From: Podarcis melisellensis
Taxonomy: Eukaryota
NCBI GenBank assembly: GCA_964234715.1
Contig: OZ174275.1
Strand: one strand, 5' to 3'
DNA length: 64,000 bases
Positions 38,201-50,828 of this stretch are shown here, piece after piece. Under the pieces are notes generated by a model. It was not told where the DNA came from. It was given only the letters and a program-made list of their open reading frames with translations, and did no database searches. Position numbers and translations under genes: made by a program. The stretch's first letter is position 1. Each line of letters begins with the position of its first letter.

Positions 38201-40974
38201 CTACTCTACAAGCCAGATTCTATATTGGCTTTGATTGTACTACTTTGGTAGCGCTGACTGATGCTTTTACTTCCATAAACTCCTATGATGCTTTTTATGA
38301 TTAGCAGACTAGAATTATTTTGAAAAGAGATTTTAGCCTTGTACTGAGCACCTGTGCCAATATCCTGTTTTCGCCTCTGCCCCCAGCCTAACATTGAAGT
38401 TTACAGTGAAATTATATTCCCTCCTATCCAAACACAAGCCAGAATGGGAAAGCCGCGGAGCCACCAGATACCTTTCTAGTTTTACCTCATGCTTGCAAGG
38501 TAAACACCAGGAAGTTACCAGAACTCCACAAGCTTATTAACTTTCATATCCAAAACAAGAGACAATAAAGCTGGCATCGCAGGATCCTTTCTTACTATTG
38601 TTCTTGTTTTGTTTGTTAATGATCATGAGGTGAGGTGAGCTTCTTGGATTAAGGAGCAAGAGTGACCTTTGAAGTCTGGTACCTGTTCATTTCTACCACA
38701 TCAGCCTCAAAGTAGAACAAAAAGCTACATGCAGCATTCTCCTCTCCCCAGCAGCATTCAGTACTCTGTGTTAGGATGTCATTGTGTGCATTTCACTAAG
38801 CCTTCACATCATTGATGGGTGGAAAGCAGAGGAAACCAGGAACATTGTGGCATCTCACCAGCAAATGGAGAGGGTCCTTTTTTGGCAACATACCTGCATT
38901 CCATGAATTGTGCAGCTTCACTTTCAAGGCTCATGTGGATCTGGCAGGAATGAATGGCTGCAATGGCGTCAGAGTTACTTCTTGCTCTTCAATTCTGCCA
39001 TCAGTAGATAGCCGATGAGACTTCAGGCTGTATGTAAACTGATGATAGGTGCACGTTTTATGCAAAAGAGCTCGCCAGTGAGGGAAGTCATCTCAAGTGC
39101 CGGACAATCTTGTCAAATCCAATCAATCACCATAAAACATTCTTGGCTTCACTTTTTTAAAAAACAGACAAGTTCAAGATTGATAAACCTGGTAGCACAC
39201 GACAGGAAACAGAAGTAACCTCGTTTCACATTGCTGGCCGACAGCAATGGTGGCACTGATTGGCTGACAACCGGGGTGGTTTGGTGAGTGGCTTGGTAGA
39301 GAACTGGAGCCATACAAATTGACGGGAAGCAATGTGTGTTTGTGTGTAGAGATACAGATAAATACACAAAGCACCAGGATGGTTGGATTCTCTTTCTATC
39401 TCTGTCATGGAGCAACTTTCTGGGTTAGTACGCAAACTTCTCATGGCCTCAGTTTGCCCACCTATTGTACAGTGGTGATAATAATGCTTCCCTACCTCAC
39501 AAGGGGATGGTGTGAGGCTTTCAAAATCAGGGCCTTGAACGTGTTAAATAAAGCGGCATTGCACAAGATGTCTCCGTTGATGTCACGGGCAGAAAGTTCA
39601 TCAGTCTGTGTAAACGTAGTTCAGACTGATCCCCTAATGCTAGGATAGCCTTTGATTAGAGGTGCTACTACTGACACGCAAAGTATTATTACCACCATTG
39701 GCAAACTGAGCCACTGCTCCAGCCAGCCTCCCTGTGAAGTATTTCCTGTCCCCTCGCCTACCGCCACTCCCCCAAACCAGAAGCGGTTTCTTTTGTACAA
39801 TTGGAATTTGGAGAGTTGTGTATTCATTTTTAATTCTAGAGCTCTTAGCTGTATCTTGTTCAGGTATCTCTTCTTCCTGTGATGATAACCATCTAACATA
39901 GTGTGTGCAAACAGAAAAAAGGTGAAAAAAAAAAAATATGACTACACTGTAGACAACTTCTTTCCTAGCAGTGAAGGTGGCAGTCCAGCTAGACTCAGCT
40001 GTCACCTCCTTCCTATTGTGTTTGGAGATGTTTAAAACTCATGGAGCAGACATATTTTATAATAAAACCTGATAAAACACACCAAAAAAGGATGGGTAAA
40101 ATATTACTACTACTGCTACTACTATTACTACTAAGCCAGTGTGATTTCATCATCACTGATGTCTACGAGGTAGGAACGTTTTCTTTGCAGAACCATATTT
40201 TTGGAGAACCAGGCCCCTTGTTTTGTAGAGGAGGCCTCCTGGTCTAAATAATAAAGGATAGTAAAATAAGACAACACTTGGCTTTCTCTTTCTGTCATTA
40301 AAAAGGGAGTGGGGGAGAAGAATATCATCCTTATGGTTTCCAGAAGGTTAGGTGGGCAACACACTCATTGCTAGGTAGTTCCACATGTGTCATACACCTC
40401 TACTGGATATTCCCAAAGAAGGCACAATTCTAACAGCCTGCACACCCAAGACCATTGTGAACATCCAATAAAATAAATATAAAAACATTTGTGGCTGGGT
40501 GTTCCCCTGACCCCCAGCCCTCCTGCCAACACTGGAACACTCATCCAGAATATCTTGCTTAAGAGCAACAAGCCCTTGCAGAAAGTCTGCAGCTGTAGAG
40601 GCTGAAACAAGCTTCTTAGTATACATAGAGAAACTGGCTCTCCCTCTTAGAGTGGGGGGAAAATGTACTTGTCCTTTCACAATGATGACCTGTAATTCAG
40701 GGGATTTTGTTCCTTGCCAGAACTAGGGATGGATGGATCTGTCTGTTTCGAGTTCCTGTCACTTTCATTCATAAATCCAGTCAATCCCATTTCTGCATTA
40801 ACCTGTGGGTCAGTGGCTTTTTGTTTTTAATCACATTTTAAATACTTTCAGATGTATTTTCTCACATTCTCTAAACAGATATACCTTAAAATTCATATTT
40901 CTAAACATATTTAAGGCTGAAATGTGGTCCTTGGGAGGATCTCAGGGGCAATACAGTGGGGTGGGGATATTATA

Positions 40975-41452
40975 ATTATTATTACAGTATTATTTATACC
41001 CCGCCCATCTGGCTGGGTTTCCCCAGCCACTCTGGGCAGCTCTCAACAGAATATTAAAAACACAATAGAACATCAAACATTAAAAACTTCCCTAAACAGG
41101 GCTGGCTTCAGATTTTTTCTAAAAGTCAGATTTCCTTGACATCTGATGGGAGGGCGTTCCACAGGGTGGGCACCACTACCAAGAAGGTCCTCTATGTGGT
41201 TCCCTGTAGCTTCACTTCTCGCAGTGAGGGAACTGCCAGAAGACTGAACGATGGGGGTGGAGCTGAACGATGGGGGTGGAGACGCTCCTTCAAGTATACT
41301 AGGCCAAGGCCATTTAGGGCTTTAAAGGTCAGCACCAACTCTTTGAATTGTGCTCGGAAACATACTGGGAGCCAATGTAAGTCTTTCAGGACCGGTGTTA
41401 TATGGTCTCGGTGGCCACTCCCAGTCACCAGTCTAGCTGCCACAATCTGGAT
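40975..41452 (-). mobile_element. L2-clade LINE 3' end with (AAT)n tail
   Basis: IQIVAARLVTG...DHITPVLKDLHWLPVCFRAQFKELVLTFKALNGLG; short (ATT)n at the left end; 19-bp internal tandem duplication near 41244-41281. Confidence 0.88.
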
Positions 41453-44400
41453 TATCTCCCTCTTAAGTGAACAAATATAGAAATCCATCCCTGGAGAGGG
41501 AGATCCAACCTCATAAGCTGCCTCAGATCTGTGATCTATGGTTGGATCTACAACTTTTGGGGGCACCAACATCAGAGCGGGGGAAAGGAGGTGTTTCAGT
41601 CACAGCAGGTAGAATCAGCCAGCCCTGGAACTGGCAATGGTTTAGTTTATTATTCTCTCATTTGAATCCATGCTGTGAAACTTAAAAATAACTTCCAAAA
41701 TACATACAAAAAAGAATGCCCTATCACTACTGTCCACTTTTCCAGTAGGAGCCCAGCACGACCCAAGAAAAAGTGGATTCTCTGTCTTCTCCCTTCCCTA
41801 CCCTCTGCTTTGCCCATGCATTAAATGTATTCTTAATATATGAAACGTATTTTTAAATAATTTTGCTGAGGATTCCATCACAAAATTTGCTGAAGTGCAC
41901 AATTCCAAAGGAGCTCTACAGTCCAATCTGCACATCAGTCTGGGAGGCATGGCTCAAGTCAGTTCATATCAGATTTCAGAAATAATTCATTTCTCAAGCA
42001 TCCATAGACAGAACTATGGATGGGGAAAAATCTGTTTGCATTTTAATGATAAACAACCTAATTCACCCTTCTTAAGTTAATACTTGAATCTCTTAATTTT
42101 GCACTGCAGTTTCCCAACCAATGGGTACAAAAATGTATATATTAGGAGAAATTCACATTATAATGCTGATAGATTTTCTTGCTTGCTTTTTTAAAAAAAA
42201 CAAAAATCACAAATTGCTGCAGAAATAGGAAGAACACAATTTAAGATCGGGAAAATGAGAAACTGAGAGAAACCAAAGTTAACAGATTTGTGCATCTCCA
42301 GCCCCAACTGACCTGTTGGTTAAAAAATAAGGGTGGATTAGAAGGAAATTCCTGGGTAAAACAGGGGCTTTTCCACATTCAGTCTCACACTCATACAATT
42401 TCCATAGCCATCTTAGTCAAGTGATACTCAGCAGCTGTGTCCAGCCCACGCTGTGGAGTTTGCAACTTCTGCAGAACAGATCTACTTTAGGGGCTGGTTA
42501 TTTGATGATCACAGCCCAGCCAGAGGTGTTTGGGTGACCAGATCCTTCAGAACACAAAAGGAATGTTGCCACAGGAGCAAAACAGTTCTGCTTCTGGGCA
42601 TGCATGTTAGGGGAAATGGGGTGACCAATTCAAGGTCAAACTCCACAGTCTCTCCCTTCCTTTCCCCTTCCTGTCACTCACCTGCATTGCAAACCCCGCT
42701 CGCACTTCACACAAACCTACACATACTAAATATTTGCAAAGTAAACTTCGCTCTCAAACATGTAACTGAACTGAACTTTACTCATGAAAGCTTCTCAAGC
42801 TTTTGGCTGACGCTGGGGCCTTCTCTGATTTAAGCTCTTGCTGGGGCGATCCTTCAGTTGCGGACAAGAGGAGCAGACTGAAATGACAGGATCTTCCAAG
42901 AAAAATGCCCTCCCCCTTTAGTGTCATTAGCACAAGACACAATAATGTGTTGTGGTGTCCAGAACAGATGAACATTTCCTAAGGGGTGGTCTTTAAAACA
43001 ATGCAGTTGTTTTAAGCAGACTCAACATGTGGTTAATCACCCAGAAATGTGACCCAAAGCCATGTGCTTTATGGAGCACAGGTGGAATATATAGAACAAT
43101 GTGTTAGGAAGAAGAGAAGTACAGCTATTGTTGATAGATGAGAAGCCAGTGAAGAGGATGACAAGGTAATTATGCTTTATTATGACATCTGTGCAGCACA
43201 TGTTAAGCCAAAATTAATCTGCTCCGACAGCTTCTATGAGAAAGGTAAAATATCAGGAGAGTCTTCTAACAAAGCACAGGTGAATGAAAACTTACTGTGC
43301 CTCCATGAGCAATGGAAAGAGCCCTAGAGAGAAAGGGGCACAGGGGCTTCCATTGGGTGGATAGGTGCCATTTATTTCGAGAACTTCCTTTCCTTTCCTA
43401 TGCCTCCCTCAGTATCTCTAACCCCATATGCCTGTTGCAACCAGCTTGCATTTACCTTGCCTGTTCTCCTTTAGCAGAAGCTGACAATAGAAGACGGGGT
43501 GGTGTCCCCAAAAGAAAAGCATTCAGAGTAGGTAGGTAAGGCTGCAATACTATGCTCCCTTATCTGGGACTGAGCCTTAATGCACTCAGTAGGCTTTGCT
43601 TCTGGGGAAATGTGTAGGATTGTGCTGCAGGAAACTTTATGTAAATATGGATTCAGGTGCCGAATTTGGAGGTGCTGACTGCAGGGTCCGAGAGTATTTC
43701 TCAGCAGAATTGCAGGCCAGATCCAGGAGAGTGGGCAAGGGGGGAAAGAGGCAACAAAAGGAGTTGGTGCCAGCAAGTTTGCCGGCTGACCACATGCTTC
43801 AGAGCAGAAAGGACCAAGGAGGAAAAGAATAGTCTAAAATATTTCTCTCTTAACCCAGCCAGAGTTGGGCAGACTGGTTACTTAATCACAGGTGAAGTGA
43901 AACAGCATCCTGATGGCAACAAGATTTGACTTATAGCTTGCATTAAGAATGTTTGAGAATATGAAACCAATAGTTCATATTCCAGCTGAATATCTCCAGG
44001 GGTCTCATTATGTTCATATAGATAGATTCTCCCCCATGCTTATTTTAAAACCTGAATTCCTGAAACTCTGCAGATATGAACTGAAAATATCAGCGTGTAC
44101 CTGCCAATAACAGAAGATATCTGTTTATTTTTATTGAACAGCAGTTTCCTTGCAATCTTGCTTTTTTATTTTAAAGGGAATTATTAAGGTTGGGGAAAAT
44201 TAACCCTATTATAGCACCATAGGTCTAAAAGCCAATGTCATGCTTTTTTTCTGGTATGAAAGAATACATGTGTAGAGAAAACCATGAAAATGTTACAATG
44301 GATGGTGGGAAATGTCCTCCTTTTCCATCTAGCCTATCACATTTACGTTCACTAACAGCTTATTACCTCTGCACATTGATCATAAGAGCAGAATACGGTT

Positions 44401-47114
44401 GGTATAATCCTCAAAAGCATAGCTAAGTAATAATGCTCACGTTTCGGTGACAGCATGTCACAGATTCAAGCCTTGGCATTGCCAGTTAAAAGGATTTAAG
44501 GTAGTGGGGCTGAGAAAGACAACTGCTTGAGATCTGGAAAAGCCAAAACCACTGCTGGATGAAGCAGTGACCCAACTCAGAAGAAGACTGCTTTACATGG
44601 GCTTTAAAGAAGTCCTATGGCACCGGCTAGAATGGTGAATCTGAAATAACAGTCCTGCCACTGGAGGATTCACTATGATGACTGACCCTTCTCAACTGCA
44701 GTCTATGGAACAGACTCCTTTGCCCACCGTTTGGCATCAATGAAGTGGACGATTAGCTGGAATAAGACTGAGAAATATGAAAGACTTAGCAGTCACAGAT
44801 GTGTTAATGTAACTGTGGTGAACCTATGACTGTATACTTTAACAAAAGGTTCCTTAAGGCTCTTCTTTTCGAATGTAAGTCTTGGGGCATTGGAATGTAA
44901 GTCTTTGAAAGATATCTTCTTTTTGCTTGTAAAATCTCTCTTGAAGTCTCCAGGTTGTAACTACTGATACACCTGATATGAAAAATCTAAACTGTAAGGC
45001 TGTGTGCACACACCATGTTCATGCTGCCCACACAATATTGTACTCATCCAACTAACAGCCTGCACTTTGACCTGCTTGATTCAGATTTTCCTGAAAGAGC
45101 TGGGGAAAAGATCAAAGGAAAAGAAAGATCCAACATAAAATCGAATCACTCAAATGTGGATGAACTGAACTGTGTGGAGGGAGAGGGAGAGAGCACGAGC
45201 GTGGTGATGTTTTCCTGGGTGCCATCTATTATTTCCATTGGTGAGATGCTCCTCAGTGGGTTGCTGGTAGGGCCAGCCACAATACGCCTACATTTTTTTT
45301 TTAAGTGTTAACCCATTGTTTTGTGCAAGTCTGATTTATTGAAAACTTGTATTCTGCCCCCTGCAAAAAATGGCCATGTGCATAGGCAAACAAACACCAC
45401 AATGGACCTCAGGTCTCTGAAACTCAGGGAGAGGAAAGGGGACAAAAACACAGTGTGAAAGCATGCCATCAGGCACCTTGCAGCAGTATGGATGGGAAAA
45501 CATTGAGGTACAACTTCAAATGAAAGCACCCTTGTGTGGACAAATGTGTAAAAAAAAAAGTCGACATGGAAAAATAAGATCCATGTTGACTATGAGCTAG
45601 AACATCTGCATACCTTCCCTGAAGAAGCAAGAGTATTTTTCTACAGGGAAACCTGACTTTTTGAATGTGTTTGACCAGTGATTATAGTAGGAAAATTGGG
45701 TGCAGGAGGGGTGATGCAAACTATCACACCACAACATGTAACAATGCTCAATTGCTCATCTCCATTTTGCCCAACTCCAGCTTGGCTGGGAAAGTTGTCT
45801 GCTTGGGAAACAGGAGAGCAAAAAAAAAAGTCAAGAACAGACAATTCTGGCTAAATGAGACAGTGAATCAATTCAGGATATTGCCGAAATCTTATGAAGC
45901 TTAATGTAGACATTTGTGGATCACTATGGCAATACATCCTAAACCAACTACCCAATGTCACCTCCAGATAAAAGATAGGATGCCTCTACTTTGAACCTCC
46001 AAGTTAGATGAGCCTTTGAAACAGAACTGCAAGAGGCTTACGCGCCTTTCTCTGATAGCTGGGCACAGATGGTCCACTGACTTCAACAGAGCTGTGGCAT
46101 CTGAAAGATGTTCCTGTTTATATTCCTTCCTTGCAAAGAGCCATCATGGTCATTTTGTATCATTATATTATATTTAGCATAGCTTAAAATACTCAATTCA
46201 CTTTACAATGCCAACTTCCCCCTCCTAAAAAAAGGGTTTTCTTGAAAAGAGGAGTATACCTTCCTCTCTTTCCATCATCTTGGTAGTCTTGTTTACCCAA
46301 AACCCTTCCAAACCATGCTTTTTCTCAAAGACTTCCTTTCTACTTGGTAGCCTTGGGAGCGCAGTCAGAAAGCACAGATGGAAACAGATGCATTGATACT
46401 AAAACAAGATACAAAGCATATCATGCCAGTAATCAAAGAACATTTCCCTGTTTCATTATTATTATTATTTACAATAAAGCCAGCGCTGATGGTTCAAGAT
46501 GTTCAGATACACAACCAGTTTAAGATTGGTAAGATCTGAATCCCACAATCTGACAGTAGCAAAGCTATCTATGATCTAACTAATCAGAGTTCCTTTTGGG
46601 CTTGGGTACATGATCAGTTATCCTGGAACAAAGCCTGCTGAAGTCTATCTAGACTTCAGTCTTCTGCTGCATGTGTTTTTAAAAAACAAGTTCATGAGGT
46701 AAAATGCATACCCTTTACGTTCATCTCAGAATTAGGATAATAAGTACAAGGGTGATCACGTGATAGAAGAGAGGCCAGATCTAGCCACCAAAGCAATTCT
46801 ATGGGACCCATGGCAGCCCTATCCAAGGAGTGGAGAAAATGGCCCCCCGTTTCACTCAGAAAGAAAACAACATAGCTCTCAAAAGTTGCAAGAGACAAGT
46901 TATGCCCCACACTTTAACACATACTCTATCTCTTTGGGTTTTGTATGCAGCACACTCTCAACTATACCTAAGCACACATACCTTGTCATTGTAAGAGTCT
47001 TAAACATAATTATAAAGCCTGACCTTTAGTGAGCATGCATAGCTGAGGTGTCATATCTTCATGGCTCCCCCTGAGGTATTACTACACAAAACAGAATGGG
47101 AAGAGGGGTACACC

Positions 47115-47251
47115 CAGTACTATTTTTCTAGAAAAAGAAGTGCTGGAGCTCACCATGAACGCCTCCCTTGTTCTATTAGAATGGCAACGGCACCAACCTG
47201 AGAGGTGCCGGAACTAAGTTCTGGCGCGTTCTAGCTGGAAAAAAAGTCATG
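47115..47251. mobile_element. hAT-type MITE
   Basis: 8-bp TSD GGTACACC / GGTAGACC (7/8); imperfect TIRs CAGTACTATTTTTC / GAAAAAAAGTCATG. Confidence 0.65.
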
Positions 47252-50077
47252 GGTAGACCCTGTAGGGACAGCGGAAACATGGCTCAGTCAAACACAGTAC
47301 AGAGCAGGGGTACAAGAGCACAAAGGAAAGCCAGGGGGGAAATAACAATACTTTTAACAGTGGCTGGATGGCCCAGCTCTGAGACAAAGAATATACTGAG
47401 GAGGCCACTCTGTGCAGTACAACACCTAGTCATGCATGATCATGAAGGTGTAACAATCTTTGACAGAATTTAGTAGTAGGAGGGACAAGATAGGGGATTG
47501 AAAAAGAAAAGAGATAATATTGCTGAAAGAGAGAGAAAAGAGGGTGGGCATAATGACAGCAAAAGTGAGTCATCCTGGAATGAGATGTGGAGACTCCAAC
47601 ATGGATTCCTACAGACTTCTACATGAGCTACTTAGTCACGTTAACATCCAGTACAGTGCATTCCAAAGGTTCACACAAGCTAGAGGAAAAGATCTGTGCT
47701 GCCAAAACAATGCCGTGTCAAGACAACAAAGATCAAAACCCGGGACTCTCAAAGAGCCACAACTAAGTGCGAATTCTACTGAATAAACACAGCAGAAGTG
47801 CTGCCAACTTCAGATTTTATAATAAGCTTCCCAATATGTGCTTTTCATTCCAATGCCTCACCAGCTGGAATGTGCATGATTTTGAAAGTTTCTTTAAGCT
47901 TGGGGGTGGAGAAAAAGCACGCAAAAACTATGAAAAATACTGGGGAGAAGAAGAAGAGGAGGAAGAGGAAGGGCGAGAGCGGGAGATCTAAAAATAAAGT
48001 GAACCTAGGGATGCAAAAGCCAGGAAGTGTTGTTTTAGCATTCTCCCACTGATTAAAAAAAATAAATTACACAAACTCCTAACAGAGCCGGGGGAGGGCT
48101 TGACTGCCCTGTTTCTGGCTTAATAACTCTTGAATGCTAGGCACAGATAACATGAACTTGAGAGTTCAAGGCCCTGTGAATTCTGCAATTCCCAGTATTC
48201 CCACAGAATAAAAAGCACTTCAGTACCTGCAAGGCATCAAGCAATGGGAACCAGTATTTTGCAGTTAGCAAGAGGGATTGGGTAATCTCTAGCAGCTGCA
48301 TCAATATTTCTGGATACAAAGAAAATGCCTCTGTGAAAGAACAAGCCTGGAAAAACAGTTCATGAATAAATCTTCCCTAAAATGCCCAAACCAACTAATT
48401 TAAAATGAAAACATTTCTCTAGTCGCTCACAACATTGTTTGGCCACAGCTTCTCACAAGGACTCAGTGGTACCTCCATCCCAAACAAAGAACTCCAGATC
48501 CCAAGGCAATATAAAACAATAGCTTTGTTTGTAACCAAGCAATGTTATTCTACAACCTGAAATGCAAGTCCGCACTGGAGCACTTTTGTGGAGCCTTTGA
48601 AATTGCCTCTACTTACTGCTGCACAGCAAGGCTGAAGAGGCTCTCAAGGTCATTAAAGGAATAGTAACTGTATCAATTAAAATGGATATAGCACTGTCAA
48701 AATGTCAAAAGCACTTGTCATGCATTAATTTTTATTTACATGTGCTTTATTATTCTTTATCACTACTGTAAGCACTTTGTGCATTGGGGGAATAAACAAT
48801 AAATATATTCATTATTATATTATATTCATCATGATATAATTTTTATTATGGTCTTGAAAAATAGGGGTAGTGCTATTTCCCCCCCTGTTATTAAGCTAAG
48901 AGAACGTAACTTGCCTGCTTCTGGCCACCTAGTGATTTCGCCCAATTCCTAGCTCTCTGGCTACCACGTCACCCCAACTCTCAACCCAGCTCTCTGAATA
49001 ATCCAGCTCTGACATTCACCCTGCCAAGAATACCTGCTGCCAGGGCTGAACAGTTTTTGCCTTATGAGCAAAGTTGGGTGTAGTTCAAAGTTGCGTGTAG
49101 TTACCCTGGGCATTTCTTGGAAAGATGGCATACAAGTTTTATCTTTTTAATTTCTTCAATTTAGGGAGCTGGGTGAGAGGTGAAATGATGGTAATTATGT
49201 CCAGCATGACTGACGTAATAAAGGCTGGAGGATCATGTGACTTGGACAGAATTTGACACTCTGAGCACACTCCGTACTATCAGGCTCACTGTCTTCAGGT
49301 CTCCTGGATTTATTTATCCAAATTTAGACACTCAAGTGAATCCTTGCCTTAAACTCTATTGCAGCCTTTTCTTTTAAGATCAGCTCAGAATTAATACTTA
49401 ACAATTTCTACGTTAGGTGGCTATGTTTTCTGTGGGTAAGCCCCTCAAAAGTAGCACAGATATGTCAACTGGTACAAAACATCACTTCTCACTTTCTGAA
49501 GGTCACAAGAAGAATATGACACCCATGATAGACCATCAGCACTGGCTCTTTACTGCCTTACTGGCTAAATTTAGGCTGCAGTCCTATATACACTTTCCAG
49601 GGAGTAAGTTCCACTGAATTCAAGTGGGGTTTATTTCCAGGTAGGCATGTGCAGGATCACACTGTTAATGTGTTGGGACTTATGAAACCCTAAACAAACT
49701 GGGCCAAACATACCTGACCAACGGCCTCCATCCCTCTGCTTCATTGTAAGCTCCAATAATATTTGGAAGCACCCTCTCAAGTTTAACATTCACAGCACTC
49801 ACAGAGAGGTGTTCTTAGTGGTTGCCCTTTGTCTGTGGAACACCCCTGAAGACTTAAGGGAGTCTGAGCAAGCATCCTCTCAAAGCAGTGTAAAACATTT
49901 TGATTTCACTTGGCTTTGAGTGGCCAGGGACAGTAAACAACAATGGTTTCAAAAACTGTACATGGGTTAAAGGGTTTAATATTTTTAAGTGCCTCAAGTG
50001 CACACTAGCCATTAAGTCTCGAACTGCCATCATTCTTTCATTCATTCATTCATTCACTTTTTACCAATGATCCAGAT

Positions 50078-50408
50078 CAGAGGTCAGCAAACTTTTTCAG
50101 CCGGGGTGTCCGGTCCACTGTCCCTCAGACCTTGTGGGGGGCTGGACTATATTTTGAGGGGGGGGGGGAAATAATGAACGAATTCCTATGCCCCACAAAT
50201 AACCCAGAGATGCATTTTAAATAAAAGCACACATTCTACTCATGTAAAAACACCAGGCAGGCCCCACAAATAACCCAGAGATGCATTTTACATAAAAGGA
50301 CACATTCTACTCATGTAAAAACACGCTGATTCCCGGACTGTCTGCGGGCTGGATTGAGAAGGTGATTGGGCCAGATCCGTCCCCCGGGCCTTAGTTTGCC
50401 CACCCATG
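50078..50408. mobile_element. hAT MITE with an internal ~64-bp direct duplication
   Basis: Perfect 8-bp TSD ATCCAGAT; TIRs CAGAGGTCAGCAAACT / AGTTTGCCCACCCATG; repeat unit at about 50190 and 50261. Confidence 0.9.
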
Positions 50409-50752
50409 ATCCAGATGATACATTCTACTTCTCTTGTGTTGTCTGTTTCCTCCAGACCTGATTTGTGGTTCTCTTCATTTAGAAAAAGGATAATAAAAGA
50501 ACTTAACACTAGCTTTCTTTCAGCAAGCACAGCTCTATTGAGACTTCTCACACCACTGTGCTTTTAATTAGAAACTTCTTCCTTGCAGCTTTTGCCTCTA
50601 ATTGCTTACTGTTCAGTATGGTCTGGGCATTATTGATTCATTTGCCCTTTAATTAAATCAGTTCCTGCTCCCCACCAGTGGGCATTTTAGATACTGTTTT
50701 CCTCCCCTTAATATTTCTTTTACGTTTTTAATTGCAAAACAGCTCTATTTCA

Positions 50753-50828
50753 GAAAGAAAGAAAGAAAGGAAGGAAGGAAGGAAGGAAGGAAGGAAGGAA
50801 GGAAGGAAGGAAGGAAGGAAGGAAGGAA
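50753..50828. repeat. (GAAA)n(GGAA)n microsatellite
   Basis: Directly visible. Confidence 0.95.

Noticed and set aside
45300-45345. Minus-strand AATAAA as a distal LRRC10B poly(A) site
   Set aside because: Several closer hexamers exist (near 53772, 52779, 51968); cannot choose without transcript data.
50190-50324. Direct repeats superficially like a CRISPR repeat-spacer
   Set aside because: Only two 64-bp units, inside a TSD-flanked MITE in vertebrate DNA; no cas genes.
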